Shown: positions 8,801 to 17,147 of the stretch, one piece after another
Numbering within the stretch: the stretch's first letter is position 1
Layout: each line of letters begins with the position of its first letter
Assembly (NCBI GenBank): GCA_958414825.1
Contig: CATYXQ010000001.1
Coordinates: forward strand, 6,401-70,400
DNA: 64,000 bases
Origin: an uncultured Eubacteriales bacterium
GTDB lineage: Bacteria > Bacillota > Clostridia > Oscillospirales > CAG-272
Direction of reading: 5' to 3'
Made by a program: the position numbers and the translations under genes
Notes under the pieces: generated by a model
What the model was told of the DNA's origin: nothing
Database searches by the model: none
The model's input: only the letters and a program-made list of their open reading frames with translations

Positions 8801-8996
8801 GGTTTACGTTGACACGGACGGAATGAAAAAGCTGTATTTTATCCTTGAAACCAAGGGCAGCACAAACGAACTCGATTTACGCGGGCGCGAAAACTTGAAA
8901 ATCCGTTGCGGCAGAGCGCATTTCAAAGCCGTTGACAGCGGCGCGGAACTGCACACCGCAAGCAGATGGAAAGATTTTAAGGCGCGCAATATTTAA
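5847..8996 (+). CDS. res: Type III restriction enzyme Res subunit (SF2 helicase plus PD-ExK nuclease)
   Basis: Motif I is EMETGTGKTYVY and motif II is VIIDEPQS. The C-terminal nuclease is NPDWAVYV...ILETKG. GTG start, with AGGGAGGAA at 5831-5839. Confidence 0.9.
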   Translation: MKLKFKQQDFQTDAVNAVCSLFDGQKRQTSAFSMEQSGGQIELFASVGISNALCIDDRRIIENMHMVQRKNGLPLTDLYSVGGEAKSEALKENGSTLHTPNSKLLKTAPQFSVEMETGTGKTYVYTKTIYELNRLYGFTKFIVVVPSVAIREGVYKSLQTTEEHFSALYDNAPCRYFIYNSAKLSDVRQFATSANIEIMIINIDAFRKAENVINQQQDKLNGDAAISFIQATRPIVIIDEPQSVDNTQKAKDAIASLAPLCVFRYSATHREKVNLLYRLTPVDAYQMGLVKQICVSSNQSAGGFNKPYIKLLSVSNEDGFRARLEIDVQGKDGKVSRRAVTVKQGADLHKLSGCRSLYENYAVSGIDCTPGMEQIELSNTDVVRLGRAIGDIDENLIKRMQIRRTIEAHLDKELRYTEKGIKVLSLFFIDEVKKYRDPTGGKGVYARMFEELYAELIALPKYAELRRRFPADAQRVHDGYFSQDKKGRYKDTRGDTQDDASTYNTIMKDKEWLLSFDCPLRFIFSHSALKEGWDNPNVFQVCTLIEQKSTLTARQKVGRGLRLCVNQDGERIEDRNINLLHVMANESFAEFADTLQKEIEEETGVKFGILQLDLFSGMVVPQQVEVVWSVEREVWSIPTDVQAQLTSEETEKIIAQAEKAHSAADNSTLNTSSTQRETVTVERTLTYDDAQRLMSHFENKGYITKSGKIKDSMKNAVRDGTLDLPPKFETARSQLIAAIRRADAKPPVRDASRDVTVRLKKEVAVSPEFLALWDKIKQKTTYRVQIDEAELIRRSVAALQSMEPIPKARIITQTADIGIDRPGVTYAERSIKTADLADSYSSLPNILAILDEQTLARRSVIAEILKQSGRGQDFLNNPQMFIESAAAIIRDACYSLAIDGISYKKLYGAEYYVQEIFDSAELIANLDRNAVAVDHSVYDYIVYDSAIENRFALDLDNDPDVKMFFKLPSRFQVNTPIGTYNPDWAVYVDTDGMKKLYFILETKGSTNELDLRGRENLKIRCGRAHFKAVDSGAELHTASRWKDFKARNI
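6084..6157 (+). repeat. Palindromic element copy 4 (degenerate G arm 6084-6112, C arm 6126-6157), in-frame in res before helicase motif I
   Basis: The C arm GGCTCCACACTTCACACTCCAAATTCCAAACT shares 20 exact nt with copy 1. The left arm is only partly complementary. Confidence 0.65.
7728..7869 (+). repeat. Palindromic element copy 5 (G arm 7728-7757, C arm 7841-7869, loop about 83 nt), in-frame in res
   Basis: TGGAGTGTGGAACGTGAAGTGTGGAGTATT ... TAACTCCACTCTCAACACTTCCTCCACAC. Positions 7843-7859 are the exact reverse complement of 5430-5446. Confidence 0.75.
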
Positions 8997-9121
8997 GCAA
9001 TACAGCCAAGCGGACGCAAACGAATAAACCCTTACCCCACAAGATATTATGGGAGTTTGTTGCAGTTCGTCTGTCACCGTTAATCAAATTTCACCAACAA
9101 GCCGCTTCCAACAAATTTCAC

Positions 9122-9157
9122 ATTGTCAACCCGATTTTAAAAAAATAGGTTGACAAT
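9122..9157. promoter_or_regulatory. BirA operator (perfect inverted repeat ATTGTCAACC-N16-GGTTGACAAT)
   Basis: A 10-bp perfect inverted repeat overlaps the -35 of the bioY promoter. It lies upstream of bioY-birA and resembles the Firmicutes BirA box (TGTnAACC...GGTTnACA). Confidence 0.75.
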
Positions 9158-9178
9158 GTTTTGCTTTTGTGATACACT
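9150..9178 (+). promoter_or_regulatory. Sigma-A type promoter of bioY-birA
   Basis: TTGACA (9150-9155), then 17 nt, then TACACT (9173-9178), about 25 nt before the bioY ATG region. Confidence 0.55.
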
Positions 9179-9202
9179 GCTTTCAGAAAGCAAGGTGTTA
9201 AA

Positions 9203-9760
9203 ATGAAAAATTCCCATACTTCGCACGTAAAAAACCTGACGCAAATCGCGCTGGCCGCCGCGCTGATTACAGTTTGCGCCTGGATCACCGTTCCTGCGGC
9301 GGTTTCCTTTACCATGCAAACATTTGCGGTATTTGCCGCCGCGGGTTTGCTCGGAACCAGGCGCGGCACGCTGGCCGTGGCGATTTACATCGCGCTCGGC
9401 GCGCTCGGCCTGCCGGTATTTTCGGGATTTCGAGGCGGCATCGGTGTTCTGGCGGGAAATACCGGCGGATACATTGTCGGTTTCGTTTTTGCTTCGCTTA
9501 TCTGCGGACTGCTCATCAGCCGTTTCGGTCACACGGTTCCCGCGCTCTTTCTCTCCATGCTCGCGGGTCTTATCGTATGCTATGCGTTCGGAAGCGCATG
9601 GTATTACTTCTTGTATACCCAAAATACGGGCAACATTGGTATTCTCTGGATTCTGACCCAGTGCGTATTTCCCTTTATTCCGTTTGATCTTGCCAAAATT
9701 GCGCTGGCAGCCTTTCTTGTCCGGCGTCTGCGGAGGATCGGATGCAGGTGGATTTTATGA
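9203..9760 (+). CDS. bioY: Biotin transporter BioY (ECF S component)
   Basis: 185 aa multi-TM protein. TVPAAVSFTMQTFAVFAAAGLLG...GLPVFSGFRGG is typical of BioY. Confidence 0.9.
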   Translation: MKNSHTSHVKNLTQIALAAALITVCAWITVPAAVSFTMQTFAVFAAAGLLGTRRGTLAVAIYIALGALGLPVFSGFRGGIGVLAGNTGGYIVGFVFASLICGLLISRFGHTVPALFLSMLAGLIVCYAFGSAWYYFLYTQNTGNIGILWILTQCVFPFIPFDLAKIALAAFLVRRLRRIGCRWIL

Positions 9761-10737
9761 CAACAAAAGAAACCGTACTTTCCATGCTGGAAGCAAACCG
9801 CGGCACGCCTCTGTCCGGTGCAAAAATGGCCGCGCACACAGGACTCAGCCGTACCGCGATATGGAAAGCGATTGAAGAACTTCGCCGCGACGGATATGAA
9901 ATTTCCGCAGTCACGCGCGAAGGATATACGCTCTCTTCAAACAGCGATGTATTGTCGGAATCCTGTCTTCGCAGTTTTGTCAAAACCAAAAATCTATCTT
10001 TTATTTTATATAAAAGCACCGAATCGACCAACGTTTGTGTAAAAGAACTGGCCGCTTCGGGTGCGCCGGAAGGCACGATCGTGCTTTCCGAAATGCAGAC
10101 CGCCGGACGCGGAAGAAGCGAAAAAAGCTTTTTTTCACCTGCCGGAACCGGACTGTATATGAGCATTTTACTGCGCCCCAAAATGTCCGCTGCCGATGCG
10201 TTGCAAATCACAACCTGCGCGGCGGTCGCCGTTGCGCAGGCGGCAGAAGCCGCTGCCAATCGCCCCGCAAAAATCAAATGGGTCAACGACGTATATATGG
10301 ACAACAAAAAAATCTGCGGCATTCTGACAGAGGGCTCCTTTAATCTGGAGAGCGGCGGACTGGAATACGCCGTTCTTGGCATCGGCGTCAATATGACGCC
10401 CCCGCCGAACGGATTTCCTCCCTCGATTCAACAAATTGCGGGCGCGCTGTTTGATACCAAACCGACGCATGACATTCGCTGCAAAATTGCAGCTGACATT
10501 TTAGACCGTTTCTTTACGCTGTACCGTGCCAACGAAAAGGGGGCTCAGCTTGCCGAGTACCGTCGGCGCAGTCTGCTGACCGGTCAAGAGATTTTTGTGC
10601 TGCGGGGATCGGAATGCCTTGCGGCCACAGCGCTTGGGATTGACGATGACTTTTGCCTGCATGTTCGTTACACGGACGGAAACGAAGCGCATCTGTCCTC
10701 GGGCGAAGTTTCGATTAAACCCATGCTAACCGTTTAA
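9742..10737 (+). CDS. birA: Bifunctional biotin-[acetyl-CoA-carboxylase] ligase / biotin operon repressor BirA
   Basis: The N-terminal HTH is LSGAKMAAHTGLSRTAIWKAIEELRRDGYEI and the ligase motif is QTAGRGRSEKSFFSPAGTGLYMS. An alternative start is ATG 9757, which forms an ATGA overlap with the bioY stop. Confidence 0.9.
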   Translation: MQVDFMTTKETVLSMLEANRGTPLSGAKMAAHTGLSRTAIWKAIEELRRDGYEISAVTREGYTLSSNSDVLSESCLRSFVKTKNLSFILYKSTESTNVCVKELAASGAPEGTIVLSEMQTAGRGRSEKSFFSPAGTGLYMSILLRPKMSAADALQITTCAAVAVAQAAEAAANRPAKIKWVNDVYMDNKKICGILTEGSFNLESGGLEYAVLGIGVNMTPPPNGFPPSIQQIAGALFDTKPTHDIRCKIAADILDRFFTLYRANEKGAQLAEYRRRSLLTGQEIFVLRGSECLAATALGIDDDFCLHVRYTDGNEAHLSSGEVSIKPMLTV

Positions 10738-10776
10738 AAAATAAAAATTTTTTATCTTCATATAATACATATGGCG

Positions 10777-10827
10777 AAACAACAAACGCTCCCCGAATAA
10801 AATTCAGAGAGCGTTTGTTGTTTTTTA
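10777..10827. terminator. Bidirectional rho-independent terminator between birA and ispG
   Basis: AAACAACAAACGCTC, then loop, then GAGCGTTTGTTGTTT followed by TTTT. Confidence 0.75.
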
Positions 10828-10853
10828 ATATTTATGTGGCCGCATTCAAGCGT

Positions 10854-11936
10854 CTATAGCTTTTTTATTTCCTCAATCAAACGGGGAATAATTTCTTCCT
10901 CGGCGATTTTGCCCACGATCCGCCCCTTTTGAATCAGCACGGCTTCTCCACTTCCGCCGGCCACGCCAATATCGGCTTCCCGCGCTTCACCCGGACCATT
11001 CACCGCACAGCCCATCAGCGCGACGCGAACATCCTTTTCCAAAAGTCCCTCTGCTGCCGCCGCTTCTTCAAACTGACGTGCAAGCCCGATCAAATCAATC
11101 TTGGTTCTCCCGCAGGTCGGACAGGAAACAATGTTCATGCGCTTTTTATTGTCAAAACCAAGCGAAAACAGAATATCATGCGCCGCAGACACTTCTTCTG
11201 CCGGGTTGTCGGTCAGAGAAACGCGAACCGTATCTCCGATACCGCGCAACAGCATACCGCCGATCCCGACGGCGCCCTTAATCAGTCCCATACGGCCGCC
11301 GCCCGCCTCGGTCACGCCCAAATGCAGCGGATATGTACAGGCGTCGGCAAGCAATTCGTTTGCACGGGCCATTTCATATACGTCGGAGGACTTAACGGAC
11401 AAAACGATTTGGTCAAAATCAAACTTTTCCAGCAAACTGCAATGATACAGCGCGCTCTCCGCAAGCGCGGCTCCGGTCGGCGCACCGTGTTTGACCAAGA
11501 TCTCTTTCTCAAGCGAACCGCCGTTTACGCCGATCCGAATGGGAATCCCCTTCTCCCGGCAGGCATCCGCAACAGACCGAATTCGGTTTTCATCCCCGAT
11601 ATTGCCCGGATTAATCCGAATTTTATCCGCACCGGCCGCAATACACTCCAGCGCAATGCGGTAATCAAAATGAATATCCGCAACCAGGGGCACCTCGATT
11701 CCCGCTTCCTTAAGATAGGCAAACGTGCGCGCACTCTCGGTATCCGGCGCGGTCATACGGACAATATCACATCCCGCCGCCTCAAGCGCGCGAACCTGTG
11801 CAAGCGTGGCCGCCGTATCGTGCGGGTCGGTATTGGTCATCGACTGGACCGCAATCGGGTACCGTCCGCCGATCGTAACACGACCAACGCCTATCTCTTT
11901 TGCCTCCCTGCGAATCTGATTATAACGTTCTGTCAT
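10854..11936 (-). CDS. ispG: 4-hydroxy-3-methylbut-2-en-1-yl diphosphate synthase
   Basis: 360 aa. The VQSMTNT motif and the CPTCGR / GCAVNGPGE Fe-S cysteines are present. Confidence 0.95.
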   Translation of the reverse strand: MTERYNQIRREAKEIGVGRVTIGGRYPIAVQSMTNTDPHDTAATLAQVRALEAAGCDIVRMTAPDTESARTFAYLKEAGIEVPLVADIHFDYRIALECIAAGADKIRINPGNIGDENRIRSVADACREKGIPIRIGVNGGSLEKEILVKHGAPTGAALAESALYHCSLLEKFDFDQIVLSVKSSDVYEMARANELLADACTYPLHLGVTEAGGGRMGLIKGAVGIGGMLLRGIGDTVRVSLTDNPAEEVSAAHDILFSLGFDNKKRMNIVSCPTCGRTKIDLIGLARQFEEAAAAEGLLEKDVRVALMGCAVNGPGEAREADIGVAGGSGEAVLIQKGRIVGKIAEEEIIPRLIEEIKKL

Positions 11937-11942
11937 ATACCT

Positions 11943-12971
11943 TTACCTGAACAAATTTACAATATCCTTATACGTAATCAAAATCATCAATCCAAACAGG
12001 AGAATAATGCCAATAAAATGCACCATTCCCTCGTATTTGGGATTGACCGGCTTGCCTGTGACCATTTCCCAGAGTATAAATATCAGCCGACCGCCGTCAA
12101 GCGCCGGAAGCGGCAACAAATTAAACACGCCGAGATTCATACTGAGTACACAAACAAGATACAACAACTGTAAAGCGCCGGTTCTCGCCGCGTCGCTGAT
12201 TGCAGTCGTCACGCCGACCGGTCCGGAAACCGCCTCCATACCGACTCTGCCGCCAACCAAATCCAAAAGCGACTCCCAAATCATTTTCACCGTCGAAACA
12301 CTACGAAAGAATGTATGTTTCAGCACCGTTCCGATATTTTTGGCTTCTGCATACACCACAAAATCGGTTTTTCCGTACACCATTCCGGAAGAAATCTGCG
12401 TCGGGAACACAACGTCCGCAAGCGTCATGGTCTGCCCGTCTCGTACTATTGTAAGATCAATCGGCTCATAGCCGTCGTGTGCGATCTCATACACAACCTC
12501 GTTACCGGTATGCGTTTTTGAACCGTTAACGGCCAAAATGCGATCCCCGGGCTGCAGCCATTCATTGCTTGTCGCGTCTTCGCCAAACGAATATACAACC
12601 GTCGAAGCAAGGTTAGACGAAAACAGAACAACGACCAGCATCAGCAAAAGCGCCAACAAAATATTCATGCAGGCGCCGGCGGCAACAATCAAAAATTTCT
12701 GCCACGGACGTTTCTGAGAAAAGGAATCTTCTCCGTCCGCCGCCTCGTCTTCCCCTTTCATGCTGACAAAACCGCCGATTGGAAATACCCGCAAATTATA
12801 GCAGGTTCCCGTTTTACCTTTCCAGCCGAAAATCTTCGGCCCCATCCCCATGGAAAATTCATGCACACACACACCGCAGGCGCGCGCGACAAGGAAATGT
12901 CCCAACTCATGAATCAAAATCATCAGTCCGAACACCAAAAGCGCCACAATAATATATCCGACAGTTGCCAT
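11943..12971 (-). CDS. rseP: RIP metalloprotease RseP (M50 site-2 protease with PDZ)
   Basis: HELGHFLVARACG is the HExxH motif and NLLPLPALDGG is the C-terminal motif. The gene sits in the conserved dxr-rseP-ispG context. Confidence 0.9.
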   Translation of the reverse strand: MATVGYIIVALLVFGLMILIHELGHFLVARACGVCVHEFSMGMGPKIFGWKGKTGTCYNLRVFPIGGFVSMKGEDEAADGEDSFSQKRPWQKFLIVAAGACMNILLALLLMLVVVLFSSNLASTVVYSFGEDATSNEWLQPGDRILAVNGSKTHTGNEVVYEIAHDGYEPIDLTIVRDGQTMTLADVVFPTQISSGMVYGKTDFVVYAEAKNIGTVLKHTFFRSVSTVKMIWESLLDLVGGRVGMEAVSGPVGVTTAISDAARTGALQLLYLVCVLSMNLGVFNLLPLPALDGGRLIFILWEMVTGKPVNPKYEGMVHFIGIILLFGLMILITYKDIVNLFR

Positions 12972-12980
12972 AGTACTCCT

Positions 12981-14123
12981 CTAAACCATGCGATATACAG
13001 CCGCGCGCGCCGTTCGGTCAGCGGCAAATATATCCTCCACGGTGATCTTGGTTTGATTTGCAAAGCCATCCATTGCCGTCTCTACTAAAGACGCAATTTC
13101 CAAAAAACGAATACGCCCGGACAAAAACAAATCCACCGCCGCCTCGTTGGCGGCGCTCAACACAGTTGGCATCAATCCGCCGACACTGATTGCACGGTAC
13201 GCCATTTTCAGGCAGCGAAACGTCTCCATATCCGGCTGCGCAAAAGTCAGCCGCCCCACCGAAAACAGATCAAGCGGCGCTGAAACGCCCGCAGCACGCT
13301 CGGGCCAGGTCAGCGCATACTGTATGCAGGAACGCATATCCGGTACGGCCATCTGGGCAAGTACAACATTATCAATATATTCAACCGCGCTGTGAATTAT
13401 ACTTTCACGATGTACGACTACCTGAATCTGATCCGGTCGCACACCGAACAGACGCACTGCTTCAATGACTTCAAGACCTTTATTCATCAGTGTAGCGCTG
13501 TCGATGGTAATTTTTTGTCCCATCGACCAAGTCGGATGCTTCAGTGCATCCGACGCCGTCACATGTTCCAGCGCCGCACGATCCATTCCGAAAAAAGGGC
13601 CGCCCGAAGCCGTAAGCAAAATTCGTTTGACTTCAGCGGGCTTTCCCGCCTGCAAGCATTGAAAAACAGCGCTGTGCTCACTGTCTACCGGCAAAATTTC
13701 TGCACCGTGCGCCGCCGCTTCGCGAAAGAGCAGTTCACCCGCCGCAACCAGCGGTTCCTTATTCGCAATCGCGATGCGCATCCCTCGCTTTGCGGCCGCC
13801 AGCGCAGGCATAAGACCGGCAAGACCGACAATCGCATGTACCGCCGCTTTCGCGGAAGTTCGCTCAATCAGTTCCAGTATGCCCGTTTCGCCGGCAAATA
13901 TTTTTATATCCGTGTCAGCAAGACGCTCCCGCAATTCCTTTGCCGCAATTTCGTCCGCCATTGCGCAAAAGCGGGGAGAAAACGCACGCGCCTGATCTTC
14001 CAGCAAAGCCGCATTCTTACCGCCGGTAAGCGCGTCTACCGAAATCCCCATCGCCGCCGCAACATCCAGCGCCTGTCTGCCGACAGATCCGCTTGACCCC
14101 AATACTGCAATTTGCCTGTCCAT
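12981..14123 (-). CDS. dxr: 1-deoxy-D-xylulose 5-phosphate reductoisomerase
   Basis: MDRQIAVLGSSGSVGRQALDV is an NADPH-binding N-terminus. I trimmed the start to ATG 14123; the track ORF extends to 14192. Confidence 0.92.
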   Translation of the reverse strand: MDRQIAVLGSSGSVGRQALDVAAAMGISVDALTGGKNAALLEDQARAFSPRFCAMADEIAAKELRERLADTDIKIFAGETGILELIERTSAKAAVHAIVGLAGLMPALAAAKRGMRIAIANKEPLVAAGELLFREAAAHGAEILPVDSEHSAVFQCLQAGKPAEVKRILLTASGGPFFGMDRAALEHVTASDALKHPTWSMGQKITIDSATLMNKGLEVIEAVRLFGVRPDQIQVVVHRESIIHSAVEYIDNVVLAQMAVPDMRSCIQYALTWPERAAGVSAPLDLFSVGRLTFAQPDMETFRCLKMAYRAISVGGLMPTVLSAANEAAVDLFLSGRIRFLEIASLVETAMDGFANQTKITVEDIFAADRTARAAVYRMV

Positions 14124-14133
14124 AAAAGTCCCC

Positions 14134-14973
14134 TTATCTGAATATAGAAAGCATAGACGGATTGGCAAGCAGCAGATACAGAATCGGCGCAACCGCGATT
14201 ACACTGTCAAAACGATCCATGATTCCACCGTGCCCAGGAAAAATTTTTCCGTAATCCTTAACGCCGCATTCCCGCTTAATAAAGGACGCAATCAGATCCC
14301 CGATCTGCGCGACCGCCGAAATCGCCACGCCGCATAAAAAGAGAGAAAGCAAGTGCGGACGCGATACATCAAACCACCGTGCATACAATATACCGCAGCC
14401 GACAAAAGCGGCGGCGGAAATAAGGGTTCCGCCAATCGCTCCCTCCACCGTCTTCTTCGGACTGACTTCAGGAATCAGCTTATGCCGCCCGAAAAGCATC
14501 CCCGAAAAATAGGCAAAAATATCGGTGGCAAAAGCGACAACCACGACCATGACAAGGAAAAACAGTCCGTGATTCGGAAGATCTCGGGTAGCTATCAGAC
14601 AGGAAAAGCCGCACACAATATACGCCGTACTCAAAAATACCCGCGCCGCCGTGGAAAACGGGATTTTTCCTTTTGAAAACATCGCATTCGCCAGCACATA
14701 GAGGCCGTACACATAAACTAAGGCAAATAATATCAACCCATCAAAACTGACGTTTGAAATCAGCCGAGTCGTAGCGGGCACAGCCAACGCCACGGCATAG
14801 GACGGCAGAGACAGCGCAAAATTTTTGTGCACGCCAAGGCAGCGAAGCATTTCAAACACCGCGCCAAGCGACAAAAGCGAAACCGCCAGCACAAGCAAAA
14901 AAGTGTCCGACCAATAAAGAATCGGAAGCGCCGCTAAAAGCAGGCATATACCTGTTAAAATTCTAACCAGCAT
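14134..14973 (-). CDS. cdsA: Phosphatidate cytidylyltransferase
   Basis: 279 aa multi-TM protein with the C-terminal signature FKRECGVKDYGKIFPGHGGIMDRFDS. Confidence 0.92.
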   Translation of the reverse strand: MLVRILTGICLLLAALPILYWSDTFLLVLAVSLLSLGAVFEMLRCLGVHKNFALSLPSYAVALAVPATTRLISNVSFDGLILFALVYVYGLYVLANAMFSKGKIPFSTAARVFLSTAYIVCGFSCLIATRDLPNHGLFFLVMVVVVAFATDIFAYFSGMLFGRHKLIPEVSPKKTVEGAIGGTLISAAAFVGCGILYARWFDVSRPHLLSLFLCGVAISAVAQIGDLIASFIKRECGVKDYGKIFPGHGGIMDRFDSVIAVAPILYLLLANPSMLSIFR

Positions 14974-14976
14974 AGC

Positions 14977-15690
14977 TCAAAGTCCGCCATAGCGGCGTTT
15001 TCTCCTGTAAAATTCATCCACGATTTTGTCAATTTCATGCGGAGCGAGATCCGGCCAAAGCGTATCCGTAAAATACAGTTCCGCATACGCGGCCTGCCAA
15101 AGCAAAAAATTGGAAAGCCGAATATCCCCGCCAGTGCGCACGATCAAATCCGGATCGGGGCAATGCGCCGTGTATAGCGCACCGGCAACATCCGCCTCGG
15201 TCACATGCTTTGAGCCGCGCTCGATCAAAAGATTGCATGCATGCGCCAGTTCCGCACGAGAACCGTAATTCAGCGCGATGTTCAAAAGCAAATCCTTTTG
15301 CTCGGACATTGTTTCCACATCTGCGATCTTCTTTTGAAGCGTTTCCGGGAAAATGCTCTTGTCACCGAGAAAAACCAACCGGATATTGTTTTCATCCATT
15401 GAAGCAACCGCATCGTCTATATAATCGGACAAAAGGCTAAGAATTGCCTCTACTTCATGCTTTGGACGCTTCCAGTTTTCCGTAGAAAAAGCATAGACGG
15501 TGATGATCTTAATCCCGATATCGCCGCAGTAGCGAATCACCTTTTTAAAATTTTTCGCGCCGTTGACATGCCCATATTCACGCGGCATTGAACGCTTTTT
15601 TGCCCACCGGCCGTTGCCGTCCATAATAAACGCAACATGCCGCAGCCGCTCATCCGCCCTGACACAATGTTCTTTTTGTTTGAAAAACAT
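14977..15690 (-). CDS. uppS: Isoprenyl transferase (undecaprenyl-diphosphate synthase)
   Basis: HVAFIMDGNGRWA and FSTENWKRP motifs. Confidence 0.95.
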   Translation of the reverse strand: MFFKQKEHCVRADERLRHVAFIMDGNGRWAKKRSMPREYGHVNGAKNFKKVIRYCGDIGIKIITVYAFSTENWKRPKHEVEAILSLLSDYIDDAVASMDENNIRLVFLGDKSIFPETLQKKIADVETMSEQKDLLLNIALNYGSRAELAHACNLLIERGSKHVTEADVAGALYTAHCPDPDLIVRTGGDIRLSNFLLWQAAYAELYFTDTLWPDLAPHEIDKIVDEFYRRKRRYGGL

Positions 15691-15709
15691 GGTTTCCTCT
15701 TAGCAAATT

Positions 15710-15734
15710 GGGCTGAAAGACGCGCTTTCAGCCC
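15710..15734 (-). terminator. Stem-loop downstream of frr (terminator or attenuator before uppS)
   Basis: GGGCTGAAAG-ACGCG-CTTTCAGCCC, a 10-bp perfect stem. The T tract on the minus strand is weak. Confidence 0.5.
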
Positions 15735-15764
15735 ATAAAATTCTCTGCAAAAGCGCATAAACGC

Positions 15765-16319
15765 TTAAATGGACATGATCTCCTTATCCTTTTCAGCTGC
15801 AATCATGTCGATCTCCTTGATGAACCGATCGGTTAAATCCTGCACCGCTTTATCGCTTGCCTTGACCTCGTCCTCGGTCATCTCGCTGTTTTTCTTCATT
15901 TCTTTGGTTTTATCGTTAGCCTCACGGCGAATATTGCGCACGGCCACTTTTCCCTCTTCGCAGAGTTTTGACGCCTGCTTCACAAGCTCACGGCGACGCT
16001 CCTCGGTCGGCTGCGGGAACGCAAGGCGCAAAACTTTGCCGTCGTTTTGCGGCGTAATACCGACGTCGGAGGCTAAAATAGCCTTTTCAATATTTTTCAG
16101 CGTGCTTGCATCCCAAGGCGCAATCACAAGCGTACGGGGATCCGGAATCTGCACCGCCGCCATCTGAGCAATCGGCGTAGGAGTGCCGTAATAATCCACG
16201 GTTACGCGCGAGAGCACGTCGGGACTGGCTTTGCCCGCGCGAATCGTACCGAGATTCTGCCGAAGCGAAGCGATGGTTTTCTGCATTTTGCCCTCATATT
16301 CTTTGGTATCAAGTTTCAT
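15765..16319 (-). CDS. frr: Ribosome recycling factor
   Basis: MKLDTKEYEGKMQKTIASLRQNLGTIRAGKASP. ATG 16319 is preceded by GGAGG; the track's upstream start is a TTG inside the RBS region. Confidence 0.95.
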   Translation of the reverse strand: MKLDTKEYEGKMQKTIASLRQNLGTIRAGKASPDVLSRVTVDYYGTPTPIAQMAAVQIPDPRTLVIAPWDASTLKNIEKAILASDVGITPQNDGKVLRLAFPQPTEERRRELVKQASKLCEEGKVAVRNIRREANDKTKEMKKNSEMTEDEVKASDKAVQDLTDRFIKEIDMIAAEKDKEIMSI

Positions 16320-16337
16320 GGTGTCTACCTCCAAATT

Positions 16338-17054
16338 TTACTTTACAATCGTACCGATCTCCTCACCCATGACAGCTTTATAAATGTTGTCCGGATCGTC
16401 GAGACCGAATACAAGTATCGGTATGTGATTGTCCATGCAAAAGGACGTTGCCGTGGAATCCATAGCCGCAAGTCCGCGCGACAGGATTTCCTGATATGTA
16501 ATTTGATCAATTTTAGTTGCGCTTGCATCTTTGCGCGGATCGGCAGTATAGACGCCGTCAATATTCTTAGCCAGCAGCACAACGTCCGCATTGATCTCCG
16601 CCGCGCGAAGCACCGCCGCAGTATCGGTTGAGAAATAAGGCGATCCCAGCCCGCAGCCAAAAATCGTAACCCTGCCCTTTTCCAAATGACGGACAGCGCG
16701 ATTGCGGATATACGGCTCAGCCATCGCTTTCATTTCTACAGCCGTCATGACGCGCGTTGTCACGCCCACATGTTCAAACGCATCCTGAAGCGCAAGCGAA
16801 TTGATAACCGTAGCCAGCATCCCCATATGATCGGCGCGCACGCGATCCATATTTACGCCCTGCCGTCCGCGCCAGATGTTGCCTGCGCCGACCACAACGC
16901 CGACCTCGACGCCAACATCCACGCACTTTTTGATGACCACCGCAATCTCTCCGATAAAATCGTGATTGAAAATACCGTCCGCGTCCTTGGCCAGCGCCTC
17001 GCCGGACAGCTTGAGAAGCACACGTTTGTATTTTGGTTTCTCTGTATATAACAT
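16338..17054 (-). CDS. pyrH: UMP kinase
   Basis: [13 protein letters not shown] and GAGNIWRG motifs. Confidence 0.95.
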   Translation of the reverse strand: MLYTEKPKYKRVLLKLSGEALAKDADGIFNHDFIGEIAVVIKKCVDVGVEVGVVVGAGNIWRGRQGVNMDRVRADHMGMLATVINSLALQDAFEHVGVTTRVMTAVEMKAMAEPYIRNRAVRHLEKGRVTIFGCGLGSPYFSTDTAAVLRAAEINADVVLLAKNIDGVYTADPRKDASATKIDQITYQEILSRGLAAMDSTATSFCMDNHIPILVFGLDDPDNIYKAVMGEEIGTIVK

Positions 17055-17147
17055 TTTTCTGAAAACACCTTTCCGACCTATCTTTTCTAACGTTTCTATT
17101 TTATACTAAAATGCGGGTTTTGTAAACCATTTTTGAAGAAAAAGACG

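Noticed and set aside
10929-12173. 414-aa ORF on the plus strand.
   Set aside because: It lies antisense to ispG and rseP. Its composition is Arg-rich with no motifs, and it spans two unrelated genes on the other strand.
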